Shown piece after piece: positions 1 to 9,719 of a stretch of DNA of 56,288 bases. Below the pieces are notes generated by a model. The model was given only the letters and a program-made list of their open reading frames with translations. It made no database searches and was not told where the DNA came from. The position numbers and the translations under genes were made by a program. The stretch is from Alphaproteobacteria bacterium (lineage in GTDB: Bacteria; Pseudomonadota; Alphaproteobacteria; SHVW01): positions 1 to 56,288 of the forward strand of contig SHVW01000004.1 of assembly GCA_009694085.1 (NCBI GenBank), in the 5' to 3' direction. How positions within the stretch are numbered: the first letter of the stretch is position 1; every line of letters starts with the position of its first letter.

Positions 1-54
1 CTGGGCGACGGGCTGCGCGACGTGCTCGACCCACGCCTTAAGATTCAGGAATGA
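1..54 (+). CDS. C-terminal end of a DppC/OppC-type ABC permease (partial, runs off left edge)
   Basis: Frame 1 reads [17 protein letters not shown], the typical DppC/OppC C-terminus; its TGA overlaps the next ATG (ATGA at 51-54). Confidence 0.9.
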   Translation: MGDGLRDVLDPRLKIQE

Positions 55-1061
55 CGATGGACATTGCGACGCAGCCCCTGTTATCCGTGCGCGGCCTGCG
101 CGTCGAGTTCGATTACGAAAGCGGCCCGGCCGCCGCGGTTGACGGCGTCAGCTTCGATTTGCGGCCTGGCGAAGTGCTCGGCATCGTCGGCGAGTCCGGC
201 TCGGGCAAGAGCGTGACCGCGCTCGCCATCATGGGCCTGCTGCCCCAGCCCCCGGGCCGCGTTGCGGCCGGCCAGATTCTTTTCGAGGGTGCTAACCTAT
301 TGACAAAATCGGCGGCCGAGATGCGCCAGATCCGGGGCGGGCGCATCGGCATGATCTTTCAGGAGCCGATGACCTCGCTCAACCCGGTGTTCACGGTCGG
401 CGATCAGATCATCGAGACCGTGTTGCATCACGAGCGCATCTCGCGCCGCGCCGGGCGCGACCGCGCGCTCGAAATGCTCGACAAAGTCGGCATCCCTAGT
501 CCGGTCCAGCGGTTGGAGGAATATCCCCACCAGCTCTCCGGCGGCATGCGTCAGCGCATCATGATCGCGATTGCGCTGTCCTGCTCGCCTTCACTTCTGC
601 TGGCGGACGAGCCGACAACCGCGCTGGATGTGACCATTCAGGCCCAGATCCTCGACTTGCTGCGCTCGTTGCAAGACGAGTTCAAGATGGCCGTGGTGCT
701 GATCAGCCACGACCTCGGCGTCGTCGCGGAGTTCGTCGACCGCGTCGCCGTCATGTATGCGGGACAGTTGGTCGAGACCGCCGATGTCGCCACCGCCTTC
801 GACCGGCCCGAGCATCCCTATACCCAGGGGTTGCTGGCCAGCATCCCGTCGCTGGTAACCGAAACGGAGCGACTGACCGCCATTCCCGGCACGGTGCCGA
901 GCCCATTCGATCAGCCCGCCGGCTGTCGTTTCGCGCCGCGCTGCGCCCATGTGCAGCCGCCCTGCACCACGATCGTTCCGCCCTTGCTGCCGTGCGGCCC
1001 CGGCCATGGCGTCGCCTGTATCCGGCACGTCAACTATCGCACGGAAGGTCTGGCGACATGA
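51..1061 (+). CDS. Peptide/nickel ABC transporter ATP-binding protein (DppD/OppD type)
   Basis: Walker A GESGSGKS, signature LSGGMRQR, Walker [13 protein letters not shown]-terminal HPYT and GCRF..RC region. Confidence 0.95.
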   Translation: MTMDIATQPLLSVRGLRVEFDYESGPAAAVDGVSFDLRPGEVLGIVGESGSGKSVTALAIMGLLPQPPGRVAAGQILFEGANLLTKSAAEMRQIRGGRIGMIFQEPMTSLNPVFTVGDQIIETVLHHERISRRAGRDRALEMLDKVGIPSPVQRLEEYPHQLSGGMRQRIMIAIALSCSPSLLLADEPTTALDVTIQAQILDLLRSLQDEFKMAVVLISHDLGVVAEFVDRVAVMYAGQLVETADVATAFDRPEHPYTQGLLASIPSLVTETERLTAIPGTVPSPFDQPAGCRFAPRCAHVQPPCTTIVPPLLPCGPGHGVACIRHVNYRTEGLAT

Positions 1062-2041
1062 GCGACGTGGCACCTCTCGTCCGGGTCGAGGGCCTGACCA
1101 AGCACTTCCCGATCGTCAAGGGTATCGTCTTCTCGCGTGTCAGCGGCGCGGTCAAGGCGGTGGACGGCGTCAGCTTCGATATTCGCGCGGGCGAGACATT
1201 GGGCTTTGTCGGCGAGAGTGGCTGCGGCAAAACTACCACGGGCCGCATGCTGATCCGCCTGATCGAACCCAGCGCCGGCCGCGTGACCTTCATGGGTCAG
1301 GATGTGCTGGCGCTCGAGGGCGAGGCGCTGCGCCGGTTGCGCCGGGAAATGCAGATCATCTTCCAGGACCCGTTCGGCTCGCTCAACCCGCGCATGACCG
1401 TCGAGGAGATCATCGCCGAACCGTTGGTTATCCATGGCGAGGGCGATAGCGCCCATCGGGCCGAGCGCGTACGCGAATTGCTCGACGTGGTTGGTTTGGC
1501 CACCTATGCCGCCACGCGCTACCCCCACGAATTCTCGGGCGGTCAGCGCCAGCGCATCGGCATTGCGCGAGCGTTGGCGCTCAAGCCCAAGCTGCTGATC
1601 TGCGACGAGCCGGTCTCCGCCCTCGATGTGTCGATCCGCGCTCAAATCATCAATCTGATGCAGGATTTGCAGCGCGAGTTCGGCCTGACCTATCTGTTCA
1701 TCAGTCACGATCTGGGTGTGGTCAAACACATCGCCGACCGGGTCGCGGTCATGTATCTGGGCAAGATCGTCGAGATCGCGGATAAGCGCCAACTCTACGC
1801 CCAGCCCAAGCATCCCTACACCCAAGCGCTGTTGTCGGCGATTCCCGTGCCGAAACCCGGCCGGCGGCGCCAGCGCACCGTGCTCAAGGGCGACGTGCCC
1901 AGCCCGATCAACCCACCCCAGGGCTGCCGGTTCCATACCCGCTGCCCCCATGTCATGGATGCCTGCCGCAAGATCGAGCCCGCGCTGATCGCCGTCGGCG
2001 GCCAACAGGTCGCCTGCCATCTGGTGAACCCGCCGACATGA
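1058..2041 (+). CDS. Peptide ABC transporter ATP-binding protein (DppF/OppF type)
   Basis: Start moved to ATG 1058 (ATGA overlap); [34 protein letters not shown]. Confidence 0.95.
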   Translation: MSDVAPLVRVEGLTKHFPIVKGIVFSRVSGAVKAVDGVSFDIRAGETLGFVGESGCGKTTTGRMLIRLIEPSAGRVTFMGQDVLALEGEALRRLRREMQIIFQDPFGSLNPRMTVEEIIAEPLVIHGEGDSAHRAERVRELLDVVGLATYAATRYPHEFSGGQRQRIGIARALALKPKLLICDEPVSALDVSIRAQIINLMQDLQREFGLTYLFISHDLGVVKHIADRVAVMYLGKIVEIADKRQLYAQPKHPYTQALLSAIPVPKPGRRRQRTVLKGDVPSPINPPQGCRFHTRCPHVMDACRKIEPALIAVGGQQVACHLVNPPT

Positions 2042-3180
2042 CCGCACCCATTCCGAACCAGCGACATTTGTTCGATATTCCGGACGATGTCACCTATATC
2101 AACTGCGCCTATCTCTCGCCGTTGCTTAAGACGGCTGCCGCGCGCGGCATCCAAGGCATCCAGCGCAAGGTCCACCCCTGGACCATCGTCCGTAGCGATT
2201 TTTACGACGAGCTGGAACTGTCGCGTGCCGCCTATGCGCGGCTGATTGGCACCGCCGCCGACGATATCGCGATCATCCCCTCCACCAGCTACGGCGCGGC
2301 CATCGCGGCAGCCAATCTGCCCGTGGGCAAGGGTCAGTCGATTGTGGTTATCGCGGGCGAGCACAGTTCGAATGTGCGGATCTGGCAGATTCTAGCGCGC
2401 GACAAAGGCGCCCGCATGATCACGGTCGAACGGCCTGCTGACGGCAACTGGACCGCCGCCGTGCTGGCGGCCATCGATGCTTCGACCGCCATCGCAGCCC
2501 TGCCCAATCTGCACTGGACCGATGGCGGCATGATCGATCTTGCCGCAATCGGCGCGCGCCTGCGCGCGGTCGGTGCCGCCTTCGTGGTCGATGGCACCCA
2601 ATCGATCGGCGCCTTTCCCCTCGATCTCAAGACGGTGCAGCCGGATTTCCTGATCTGCTCGGCCTATAAATGGCTGCTCTGCCCCTACACCCTGGGCTTT
2701 CTCTATGCCGCCCCCCACCGACAGAACGGCCGGCCGATCGAGGAACACGGCTTCAACCGCGCCGGCGCCGCCGCGGCCGAGGGCGCCACCGACTACCCCG
2801 AGACCTTCGAGCCGGGCGCGCGCCGCTACGACATGGGCGAACGCAGCAATTTCATCCACCTGCCCATGGCGATCGTTGCGCTTGAGCAACTAACGGCCTG
2901 GACCCCCGCCAATATAGCGGCAACATTGAAACCGCTGACAGATGCGCTGGCGGAGGGCGGACGGAAACTGGGCCTCGATGCGCCGCCAATCGGCCACCGC
3001 GTCCCCCATATGATCGGCCTCACCCGGCCCGGCGGCCTGCCCGCCGGCCTCGCCGATAAACTGGCCCGGCAGAAAATCTATGTCAGTCAGCGCGGCCAGG
3101 CTTTGCGGGTAAGCCCCCATCTCTATAATTCGGCCGCCGATATCGACCGCCTGCTCGCGGCACTCAAACCGCTTCTCTAG
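2038..3180 (+). CDS. Aminotransferase class V-fold PLP-dependent enzyme
   Basis: [10 protein letters not shown]-terminus, DGTQS (PLP Asp), [10 protein letters not shown] (PLP Lys), RVSPHLYN C-terminus; ATGA-coupled to upstream gene. Confidence 0.9.
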   Translation: MTAPIPNQRHLFDIPDDVTYINCAYLSPLLKTAAARGIQGIQRKVHPWTIVRSDFYDELELSRAAYARLIGTAADDIAIIPSTSYGAAIAAANLPVGKGQSIVVIAGEHSSNVRIWQILARDKGARMITVERPADGNWTAAVLAAIDASTAIAALPNLHWTDGGMIDLAAIGARLRAVGAAFVVDGTQSIGAFPLDLKTVQPDFLICSAYKWLLCPYTLGFLYAAPHRQNGRPIEEHGFNRAGAAAAEGATDYPETFEPGARRYDMGERSNFIHLPMAIVALEQLTAWTPANIAATLKPLTDALAEGGRKLGLDAPPIGHRVPHMIGLTRPGGLPAGLADKLARQKIYVSQRGQALRVSPHLYNSAADIDRLLAALKPLL

Positions 3181-3199
3181 CCATTGGGATGATCGTTAC

Positions 3200-4204
3200 A
3201 TGACTGCCCAGCCCACGCGCCTGCAATCCGACATCGACTTCAATCGCGAGGGCAAGCAGGTGACTTATCTGCGCCTGCCCTATTCCAGCAATGTGTCGGC
3301 CTATGGCTGGATCGGCATTCCCATTGCCCAGATCAAGAATGGCCCCGGTCCCACCGTCTTGTTCATGGCCGGCAATCACGGCGACGAGTTCGAGGGACAG
3401 ATCGCGCTCGCTAAGCTAATCCGCCGGCTTGAGCCGAAAGACGTGAAGGGTCGCGTGATCCTACTGCCCATGGCCAATTTCCCCGCCGCCATGGCCGGTT
3501 ATCGCACCTCGTCGATCGACGCCGGAAATTTGAATCGCAGTTTTCCCGGCGATCCCAATGGCTCAGTCACCCAGATGATCGCGCACTATATCGAAAGCGT
3601 GCTGATGCCCATGGCCATGGCCGTGATCGACATGCATTCCGGCGGCCGGACACTGCACTACATCCCAAGCGCGTTGATGGCCAAGGACGCCGGCGGCGAG
3701 CCCGATCCCAAGCACCTCGCCGCGCTTCTCGCCTTCGGCGCGCCCGTTGCCTACATGGTCAATTTCGGCGAGAACCGCACCTCGTCGGCCGCTGCACGCC
3801 GCCAGGGCATCATGTCGATCGGGACCGAGCTTGGCGGCACCGGCCAGGTCTCGCCCGAGACCCTGAAGGTCGCCGAACAGGGCGTGCAGAACATGCTGGA
3901 GCATTTCGGCCTGGTTCAGCCCGTGGCAGGCCGCGTCAAGCGCCAGTCCCGCCTGATGTATGTCGGTGGGTTCGAATACTATTTGCATGCCCCCACGCGC
4001 GGCTGGTTCGAGCCGTTCTTCGATCTGGGCGACGCGGTCAAATCGGGTCAAGTCGCAGGAATGATGCAGTTCCTCGACGAGCCGCTACGCGACCCCGTGC
4101 CCGTCGCGTTCTCCCAGGACGGCGTCGTCATCTGCCGACGCCCCCATGTTCAGGTCGAACGCGGCGATTGCATTGCCCATCTCGCCACCGACGTGAAGCG
4201 CTGA
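3200..4204 (+). CDS. Succinylglutamate desuccinylase/aspartoacylase family Zn deacylase (DoeB-like)
   Basis: AGNHGDE, NLNRSFPG, DMHSGG and ELGG motifs of the AstE/AspA family. Confidence 0.9.
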   Translation: MTAQPTRLQSDIDFNREGKQVTYLRLPYSSNVSAYGWIGIPIAQIKNGPGPTVLFMAGNHGDEFEGQIALAKLIRRLEPKDVKGRVILLPMANFPAAMAGYRTSSIDAGNLNRSFPGDPNGSVTQMIAHYIESVLMPMAMAVIDMHSGGRTLHYIPSALMAKDAGGEPDPKHLAALLAFGAPVAYMVNFGENRTSSAAARRQGIMSIGTELGGTGQVSPETLKVAEQGVQNMLEHFGLVQPVAGRVKRQSRLMYVGGFEYYLHAPTRGWFEPFFDLGDAVKSGQVAGMMQFLDEPLRDPVPVAFSQDGVVICRRPHVQVERGDCIAHLATDVKR

Positions 4205-4416
4205 GGTCACTCTCTCAAGGCTCCCGCCTCTACTCAGCCACGGTCGCGTTCGTCGACGCCAGACGATCTAACCGGCGGCGGCGGCAACATGGACGCGCCA
4301 TGGCGCTCGACCGCACAAATGCGCGGGTCAGGCATGTCTCGCCATTTCGAGACATCGTCGGGGAATGATGGTACGCACCCGCGGATCGGCAATCTCGGGG
4401 GGCGATCGGCAGGGGC

Positions 4417-5643
4417 ATGAGCGGCATCGCAGAAAACATGCGCAGGGCGGAACCGCCGCTGGCCGGCGCGGTCGGCCCTATCGTCGCCACGTGGTTTATC
4501 CAGGTCGTCATGGCGCTCGGCATGCTGGCCGTGCCGACCCTGGCACCGGAGATCGCAGCGGAAATCGGTGTCGAGGCAACCCTGGTCGGCGGTTTCGCCA
4601 CGCTGCTCTGGCTCGCCGCAATCGCCTCGTCGCTGGTCGCGGGACCGCTTATCACCCAATGGGGTCCGCTGCGCATGGGGCAGGTCTGCCTGGTGCTCTA
4701 CGCGAGCGGCCTTGCCTTGGCAGCCCACGGCTCTCTTGCGCTGCTGGCGCTGTCTGCGATCGGTATCGGGTTCGGCTGCGGCCCGGAAACGCCGTCAAGC
4801 TCTGCCCTGCTGGCGCGCGTGGCGCCGACGCGCTGGCGTAACCTGGTCTTTTCGGCCAAGCAGACCGGCATGCAGGCCGGCGGCATGATCGCGGGTTTCA
4901 TGTTCCCCGCCCTGGCCCTGGCCTTAGGCTGGCGCCATGTGATGCTGGTCGCGGCGCTGGCCGCGCTGGTAGCGGCTATCCTGGTCGAACCCCTGCGCCG
5001 GCGTTACGACCACCTTGCCCGCGAGACCTCGGACATTGTGCAACTCGGCTTTGGTGCGGCGCTCGGCGTCGTGTGGCGCTCGCATGCGCTACGTCGTCTG
5101 ACTTTCACAGGCTTCGCGTTCTGCGCCATGCAGATTTGCCTCAGCACCTTCCTGGTCACGCACGGCGTGGTGACGCTGGGCTACGGTCTGGCCTTGGCGG
5201 GCTCGATGCTCGCGCTGGCCCAGGCGGGTGGCCTGATCGGGCGTATTCTGTGGGGTGTATTGGCTGGTGGACACATTGCCACGTCGACCATGATGCTGAC
5301 TCTCGGCCTTGCCATGACGGCAACGTCCGTAGCGATCGGCATGGCACGCGCGGACTGGGACGTGTCGTCCATCCTGATGCTTTCTTTCATTTTCGGGTTG
5401 ACCGCCAGCGGTTGGAACGGCGTGATGCTCGCGGAAATGACACGCCATGCTCCAGCGATAGCTCTCGGACCGATCATGGGCGCCATGATGGCATTCGGCT
5501 ATCTCGGCCTCGTCGTCGGGCCCATCGTTTTCGCGGTCGCGGCAGCGTTCCTGGGATTGAGTGGCGGGTTCCTCGCGGTGGCCATCCTGTCGCTCGCCGG
5601 CGCTTTGGCGATGTCAGGGTTGAACAGTCGCGCAGCCGTTTGA
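4417..5643 (+). CDS. MFS transporter
   Basis: 408 aa with about 12 hydrophobic segments; FSAKQTG and GWNGV motifs seen in this MFS subgroup. Confidence 0.88.
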   Translation: MSGIAENMRRAEPPLAGAVGPIVATWFIQVVMALGMLAVPTLAPEIAAEIGVEATLVGGFATLLWLAAIASSLVAGPLITQWGPLRMGQVCLVLYASGLALAAHGSLALLALSAIGIGFGCGPETPSSSALLARVAPTRWRNLVFSAKQTGMQAGGMIAGFMFPALALALGWRHVMLVAALAALVAAILVEPLRRRYDHLARETSDIVQLGFGAALGVVWRSHALRRLTFTGFAFCAMQICLSTFLVTHGVVTLGYGLALAGSMLALAQAGGLIGRILWGVLAGGHIATSTMMLTLGLAMTATSVAIGMARADWDVSSILMLSFIFGLTASGWNGVMLAEMTRHAPAIALGPIMGAMMAFGYLGLVVGPIVFAVAAAFLGLSGGFLAVAILSLAGALAMSGLNSRAAV

Positions 5644-5664
5644 ACCGCGCTAAGCTCGCCAACC

Positions 5665-7263
5665 ATGAGCTTCACAAGTATTAACCCCCAGGCCCTCAAG
5701 GCGGCACTTCGCGACGGCCAAGAACTTGCCTTGCTCGATGTCAGCGAGGATGGCCAGCATCCCCTGGGTCACCTCTTCTACGCCGTCTCCGCGCCCTATA
5801 GCCGGTTCGAGTCCATAGTCGCGCGCCTAGCGCCGCGCCGCTCGGCACGCACCGTGCTGGTCGACCAGGGCGACGGCGCAGCGGAGAAGGCCGCACGTAT
5901 TCTAGTGCGCAGCGGCTATAGCAATGTCGCCGTGTTGGCCGGTGGCGCATCCGGTTGGAAGGCTGCGGGCTATGTCCTGTTTCAGGGCATCAACGTGCCG
6001 AGCAAAGCCTTCGGCGAGGATGTCGAGCACGCCTATGGTACCCCCTCGATCACGCCGGAAGACCTCAAGGCGCGCATCGACCGGGGCGAAGACTTGGTCG
6101 TGCTGGACAGCCGACCGTTCGACGAGTTCCAGGCCCATAGCGTGCCCGGCGGCATCTGCTGCCCCGGCGCCGAGCTGGCCTATCGGGTGCACGATCTGAC
6201 GCCATCGCCAAAGACGACCGTGGTGGTCAACTGCGCCGGCCGCACGCGCAGCATCATCGGGGCGCAGTCGCTGATCAATGCCGGCATTGCCAATCCGGTA
6301 ACCGCCCTGCGCAACGGCACCATGGGCTGGCGGCTCGCCGGCCTGATGCCCGACCAAGGCAAGACCGCGCGGGCATCGGCGCCAAGCAAGGCCGGCATCG
6401 CTCGTGCTCGCGCCGCCGCCGAGGCAGTCGCCCAACGCTTCAAGGTGCCGCGCATCGATCGCGGCCGGCTCGATGCTTGGCGCGCCGAGGCTGAGCAGCG
6501 CACGCTCTACCTCTTCGACGTCCGCGATCCCGTTGAATACGCGGCAGATCATTTGCCCGGTGCCGTCTCCGCCCCGGGCGGCCAGCTCGTTCAGGCGACC
6601 GACCGCTGGATCGCCACGCTGGGCGCGCGCATCGTGCTGACCGACGACACCGAGGTGCGCGCCACCATGACGGCGCATTGGCTGATTCAGATGGGTTGGG
6701 ACGCCCATGTACTTGCCGGCGGCATCGGCACGAGCGGCTTGGATGAAGGCTCCGGCACGGCCGAGGTGCTGGGCCAGGACGATGCCATCGAGGTCATGAC
6801 CACGGGCGATCTCAAGCGCGCCCTGGATACGGGCCGCACGGCGGTGGTCGATGTCGGCAACAGCCAGGCTTACCGCACCGGTCACATTCCGGGCGCCCGC
6901 TGGGCGCCGCGCGCAAGGTTGGGATCTGTGCTGGCCACCCTGCCCCGGGGTCATCGCGTGGTGATCGCCGCCGACAACGATCTCGTGGCCGAACTCGCCG
7001 CGCGCGATGCCGAAGGCCTGACCGCCGCGCCCGTCTCCATGCTGGCCGGCGGTGCCGCCGCCTGGGCGCGCTCGGGCTTTCCGCTCGCGACCTCGCCCGA
7101 CGATCCGCCCGACGCCGCCTGCATCGACCACTGGTTCTGGGAACACGCACGCCGCCGCTTCGTGCCCAAGAACATGCAGGAATACCTGGATTGGGAAATC
7201 GAGCTGCCTACCCAAGTCAAGGAAGATGGCGATGCCCGCTTCCGAATCGCTGTGCCCCGCTGA
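5665..7263 (+). CDS. Multi-domain (about four) rhodanese-like sulfurtransferase
   Basis: Four repeated rhodanese starts (LLDVSE, VLDSRP, LFDVRD, VVDVGN), HxPGA-type motifs, and one active-site-like loop VNCAGRTRS. Confidence 0.9.
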   Translation: MSFTSINPQALKAALRDGQELALLDVSEDGQHPLGHLFYAVSAPYSRFESIVARLAPRRSARTVLVDQGDGAAEKAARILVRSGYSNVAVLAGGASGWKAAGYVLFQGINVPSKAFGEDVEHAYGTPSITPEDLKARIDRGEDLVVLDSRPFDEFQAHSVPGGICCPGAELAYRVHDLTPSPKTTVVVNCAGRTRSIIGAQSLINAGIANPVTALRNGTMGWRLAGLMPDQGKTARASAPSKAGIARARAAAEAVAQRFKVPRIDRGRLDAWRAEAEQRTLYLFDVRDPVEYAADHLPGAVSAPGGQLVQATDRWIATLGARIVLTDDTEVRATMTAHWLIQMGWDAHVLAGGIGTSGLDEGSGTAEVLGQDDAIEVMTTGDLKRALDTGRTAVVDVGNSQAYRTGHIPGARWAPRARLGSVLATLPRGHRVVIAADNDLVAELAARDAEGLTAAPVSMLAGGAAAWARSGFPLATSPDDPPDAACIDHWFWEHARRRFVPKNMQEYLDWEIELPTQVKEDGDARFRIAVPR

Positions 7264-7273
7264 GGCCACGCCC

Positions 7274-8122
7274 ATGCGCATCCGCCCGCTGTCCGCTCCG
7301 CTCGGCGCCGAGATCGACGGCGTGAATCTATCCCAGCCTCTGCCACTAAGCGCCTTCGCCGAGATCGAGCGAGCCTGGCGCGAGCGCTTGGTCCTGGTCA
7401 TCCGCGACCAACGGCTCAGCGATCCCGAACTCATCGCCTTCAGCCGGAACTGGGGCGAACTCGATCCGCCCGGCCCCAACCCCTATGGCGCGCCATTCCT
7501 GCCCGAGCATCCCGAGGTCAACGTGATCTCCAACGTGGTGGAGGACGGCAAGCCCATCGGAAATTTGGGTGCGGGCGAGGCGGTGTGGCATGCCGACATG
7601 ACCTATATCGACCGACCGCCCAAGGCCGCCATCCTCCACGCGCTGGAAATTCCGCCCAGCGGCGGCAATACCTACTTCGCCGATATGTTCGCCGCCTATG
7701 ACGCGCTTGGCGCCGACATGAAAAGCCGGATCCAGGGCCGCATCGCCATCCACGACGCCTCGCTCAACAGCGCCGGCCAGCTGCGCCGGGGCTACGAGCC
7801 CGTGACCGATGTGCGCCAGACCCGGGGTGCGCGTCACCCGTTGGTGCGGACCGACGCCGTCACAGGGCGCAAGGCTCTGTTCCTTGGTCGACGCACCAAT
7901 AGTTACATCCTCGACATGGAGTTGGCCGAGAGCGAGGCGCTACTCGACGCGCTGTGGGCGCACGCCGGCAACATGCGCTTCGCCATGAGCCACGAATGGC
8001 GCCGGGGCGATGTCCTCATCTGGAACAATCTCTCCGTGCTCCACCGGCGCGACCCATTCGATCCGACCGCGCGCCGGGTGATGCATCGAACGCAGATTAA
8101 AGGTGAAGAAGCGGTGAGGTAA
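7274..8122 (+). CDS. TauD/TfdA family Fe(II)/2-oxoglutarate dioxygenase
   Basis: Start moved to ATG 7274 (MRIRPLSAPLGAEI); WHADMTY (HxD), GGNTYFAD, WNNLSVLHRR, RVMHR. Confidence 0.93.
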   Translation: MRIRPLSAPLGAEIDGVNLSQPLPLSAFAEIERAWRERLVLVIRDQRLSDPELIAFSRNWGELDPPGPNPYGAPFLPEHPEVNVISNVVEDGKPIGNLGAGEAVWHADMTYIDRPPKAAILHALEIPPSGGNTYFADMFAAYDALGADMKSRIQGRIAIHDASLNSAGQLRRGYEPVTDVRQTRGARHPLVRTDAVTGRKALFLGRRTNSYILDMELAESEALLDALWAHAGNMRFAMSHEWRRGDVLIWNNLSVLHRRDPFDPTARRVMHRTQIKGEEAVR

Positions 8123-8134
8123 GCTCACCGCTGC

Positions 8135-9031
8135 TCATACCCCCATCTCCACCCAATAGGGCTGGTGATCCGATCCCTCCGCCCTCTCATCCACCCAGGC
8201 CCGCTTGACCGCCGGTACCAACCCGCCGCTGACCAGCCCGTAGTCGATACGCACGCCTTGCGGCAACGGATAGGCGACCGAAGGCGGGAAAGTAGCGCCA
8301 TCGCCACCATCGCCGGCAAGCGGCCAAGTATCATAGAGCGTCCATGGTTGAGGCCGGCCTCCATGGCGTTCCGGCCTGTCAGCGACGAGCACACCGTATT
8401 CGGGTGAATCCGGCCGCATGTTGAAATCGCCCAGCATGATGGTATCGGCCGGTGCCGGTGGCGGCGGCTCGCCAGCGGACCAATCGGTTCCGGCCAGCAC
8501 GGCCTCGCCACTCCAGGTGGGACCTTCGCCGGCCGTTTGCCGCCGCAGGCGCAGCAGCGCGTCCGCCTGGGGCAGTCGCTCCAGCGAATTCAAAGCGGAG
8601 AGATGGACGGAATAGACGCGCAGCGGTCGACCGGGAATATCGATCACACCTTCGAGCACGCCCATCTGGAAGCCGAGTCCATCGGCGGTATCGAGCTTGG
8701 GCAAGGGGAACAACCGGCTGGACCGGATCGGCCAGCGCGCCAACAGCATCACGCCATGCTGGCGCCGCCGGTTCTCGATCCGGCCATCGGCCGCGCGGCG
8801 GCTGGCATCGAGGTCGAAGAAGGGACCGTAGACCCAGTAATAATCCGGCAACAGACGCGCGATTTCCGCGGGCTGATCGGCCATGCCGCTCTTCGGCCAG
8901 TTTCGTTCGACCTCCTGCAAGGCGATGATGTCGGCGCCTGCGACCGCGCCGATGGCGCGGGGGAGATCGAGCCGACCGTCGCAGCCGACGCCGTACTGGA
9001 TGTTGTAGCCGACGGACTTCAACTGGATCAC
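8135..9031 (-). CDS. Endonuclease/exonuclease/phosphatase (EEP) family protein
   Basis: YNI, LQEV, GDFN, IDY and SDH motifs; GTG start. Confidence 0.9.
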   Translation of the reverse strand: MIQLKSVGYNIQYGVGCDGRLDLPRAIGAVAGADIIALQEVERNWPKSGMADQPAEIARLLPDYYWVYGPFFDLDASRRAADGRIENRRRQHGVMLLARWPIRSSRLFPLPKLDTADGLGFQMGVLEGVIDIPGRPLRVYSVHLSALNSLERLPQADALLRLRRQTAGEGPTWSGEAVLAGTDWSAGEPPPPAPADTIMLGDFNMRPDSPEYGVLVADRPERHGGRPQPWTLYDTWPLAGDGGDGATFPPSVAYPLPQGVRIDYGLVSGGLVPAVKRAWVDERAEGSDHQPYWVEMGV

Positions 9032-9034
9032 GGT

Positions 9035-9334
9035 TTACGCGGCAGGTCGGCCCTGGCCGACAGGCGCCGCGCTATAGTCGCGCGTCAGTTCCTCGGGAAA
9101 GGCGCGATATCTGAGGCTGTCGGCATGAAGTTCGAACTGATCGTCCCAATGCAGCGCCTCGCCATCCTCAACAATCGTCATGGCCGACACGAATCTGGTC
9201 GGGCTGCGGAATGGCGCAGCCACCTCCGCCATTGCGACAAGGCTCGACACATCGACACGCGCCGATACCCCATCCTCGAATTCGATATCTAAGGAGAAAT
9301 CAGGCCTTGCTTGGGCGCGAACAATTCGGTGCAT
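9035..9334 (-). CDS. DUF2442-like protein (putative antitoxin)
   Basis: 99 aa; L.IEFEDG....VD, LHW and ELHADSL pattern typical of DUF2442; directly downstream of a DUF4160 gene. Confidence 0.75.
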   Translation of the reverse strand: MHRIVRAQARPDFSLDIEFEDGVSARVDVSSLVAMAEVAAPFRSPTRFVSAMTIVEDGEALHWDDQFELHADSLRYRAFPEELTRDYSAAPVGQGRPAA

Positions 9335-9337
9335 CGC

Positions 9338-9598
9338 CTACTCCGTAGCCTTGCCAATGGGGCGACCGGCCGCAGCATCGATCCACAACTCGTTTAGTTT
9401 AGCACGACGCGCCATCATCCAACCTTGCAGCCGGCGCAGCATGGCCGGACCGATGACGCCGCGCACCTCCAAGACGGACGCCTCGGCAATGGCCAGCTTG
9501 AGCCGAAAATCCGCACCGAACGCATGCACATGCGGCGGTTCGTGGTCGAACGGAAAGATCATGATCCGCACCCCATCGACGATCGCCACGGTCGGCAT
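9338..9598 (-). CDS. DUF4160-like protein (putative toxin)
   Basis: Start moved to ATG 9598; MPTV...G.RI.I...DHEPPHVH signature and terminal L.ELW; 86 aa. Confidence 0.85.
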   Translation of the reverse strand: MPTVAIVDGVRIMIFPFDHEPPHVHAFGADFRLKLAIAEASVLEVRGVIGPAMLRRLQGWMMARRAKLNELWIDAAAGRPIGKATE

Positions 9599-9719
9599 CA
9601 ATGCCCCGCTTATAACCCAATGACGACACCCGCAGACTGGCAAGGATAAGGGAGCCCAAGGCGCAAAGCAAATCCGTGGCAGTCCTGACTAGCAACGGGG
9701 GATTTTCGGCGCAACCGCA

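Noticed and set aside
521-560. Near-identical nucleotide stretches shared with ~21955-21995 and ~38180-38220
   Set aside because: They encode the conserved YPHQxSGGMRQR signature of paralogous ATPases; not a repeat element or CRISPR.
4234-4335. Short minus-strand ORF MPDPRICAVERHGASMLPPPPVRSSGVDERDRG (possible leader peptide)
   Set aside because: No convincing RBS, antisense to the flanking genes, no recognisable motif.
5902-7479. 525-aa minus-strand ORF (and the similar 523-aa ORF at 38479-40050)
   Set aside because: Fully antisense to well-supported genes and has no recognisable motifs.
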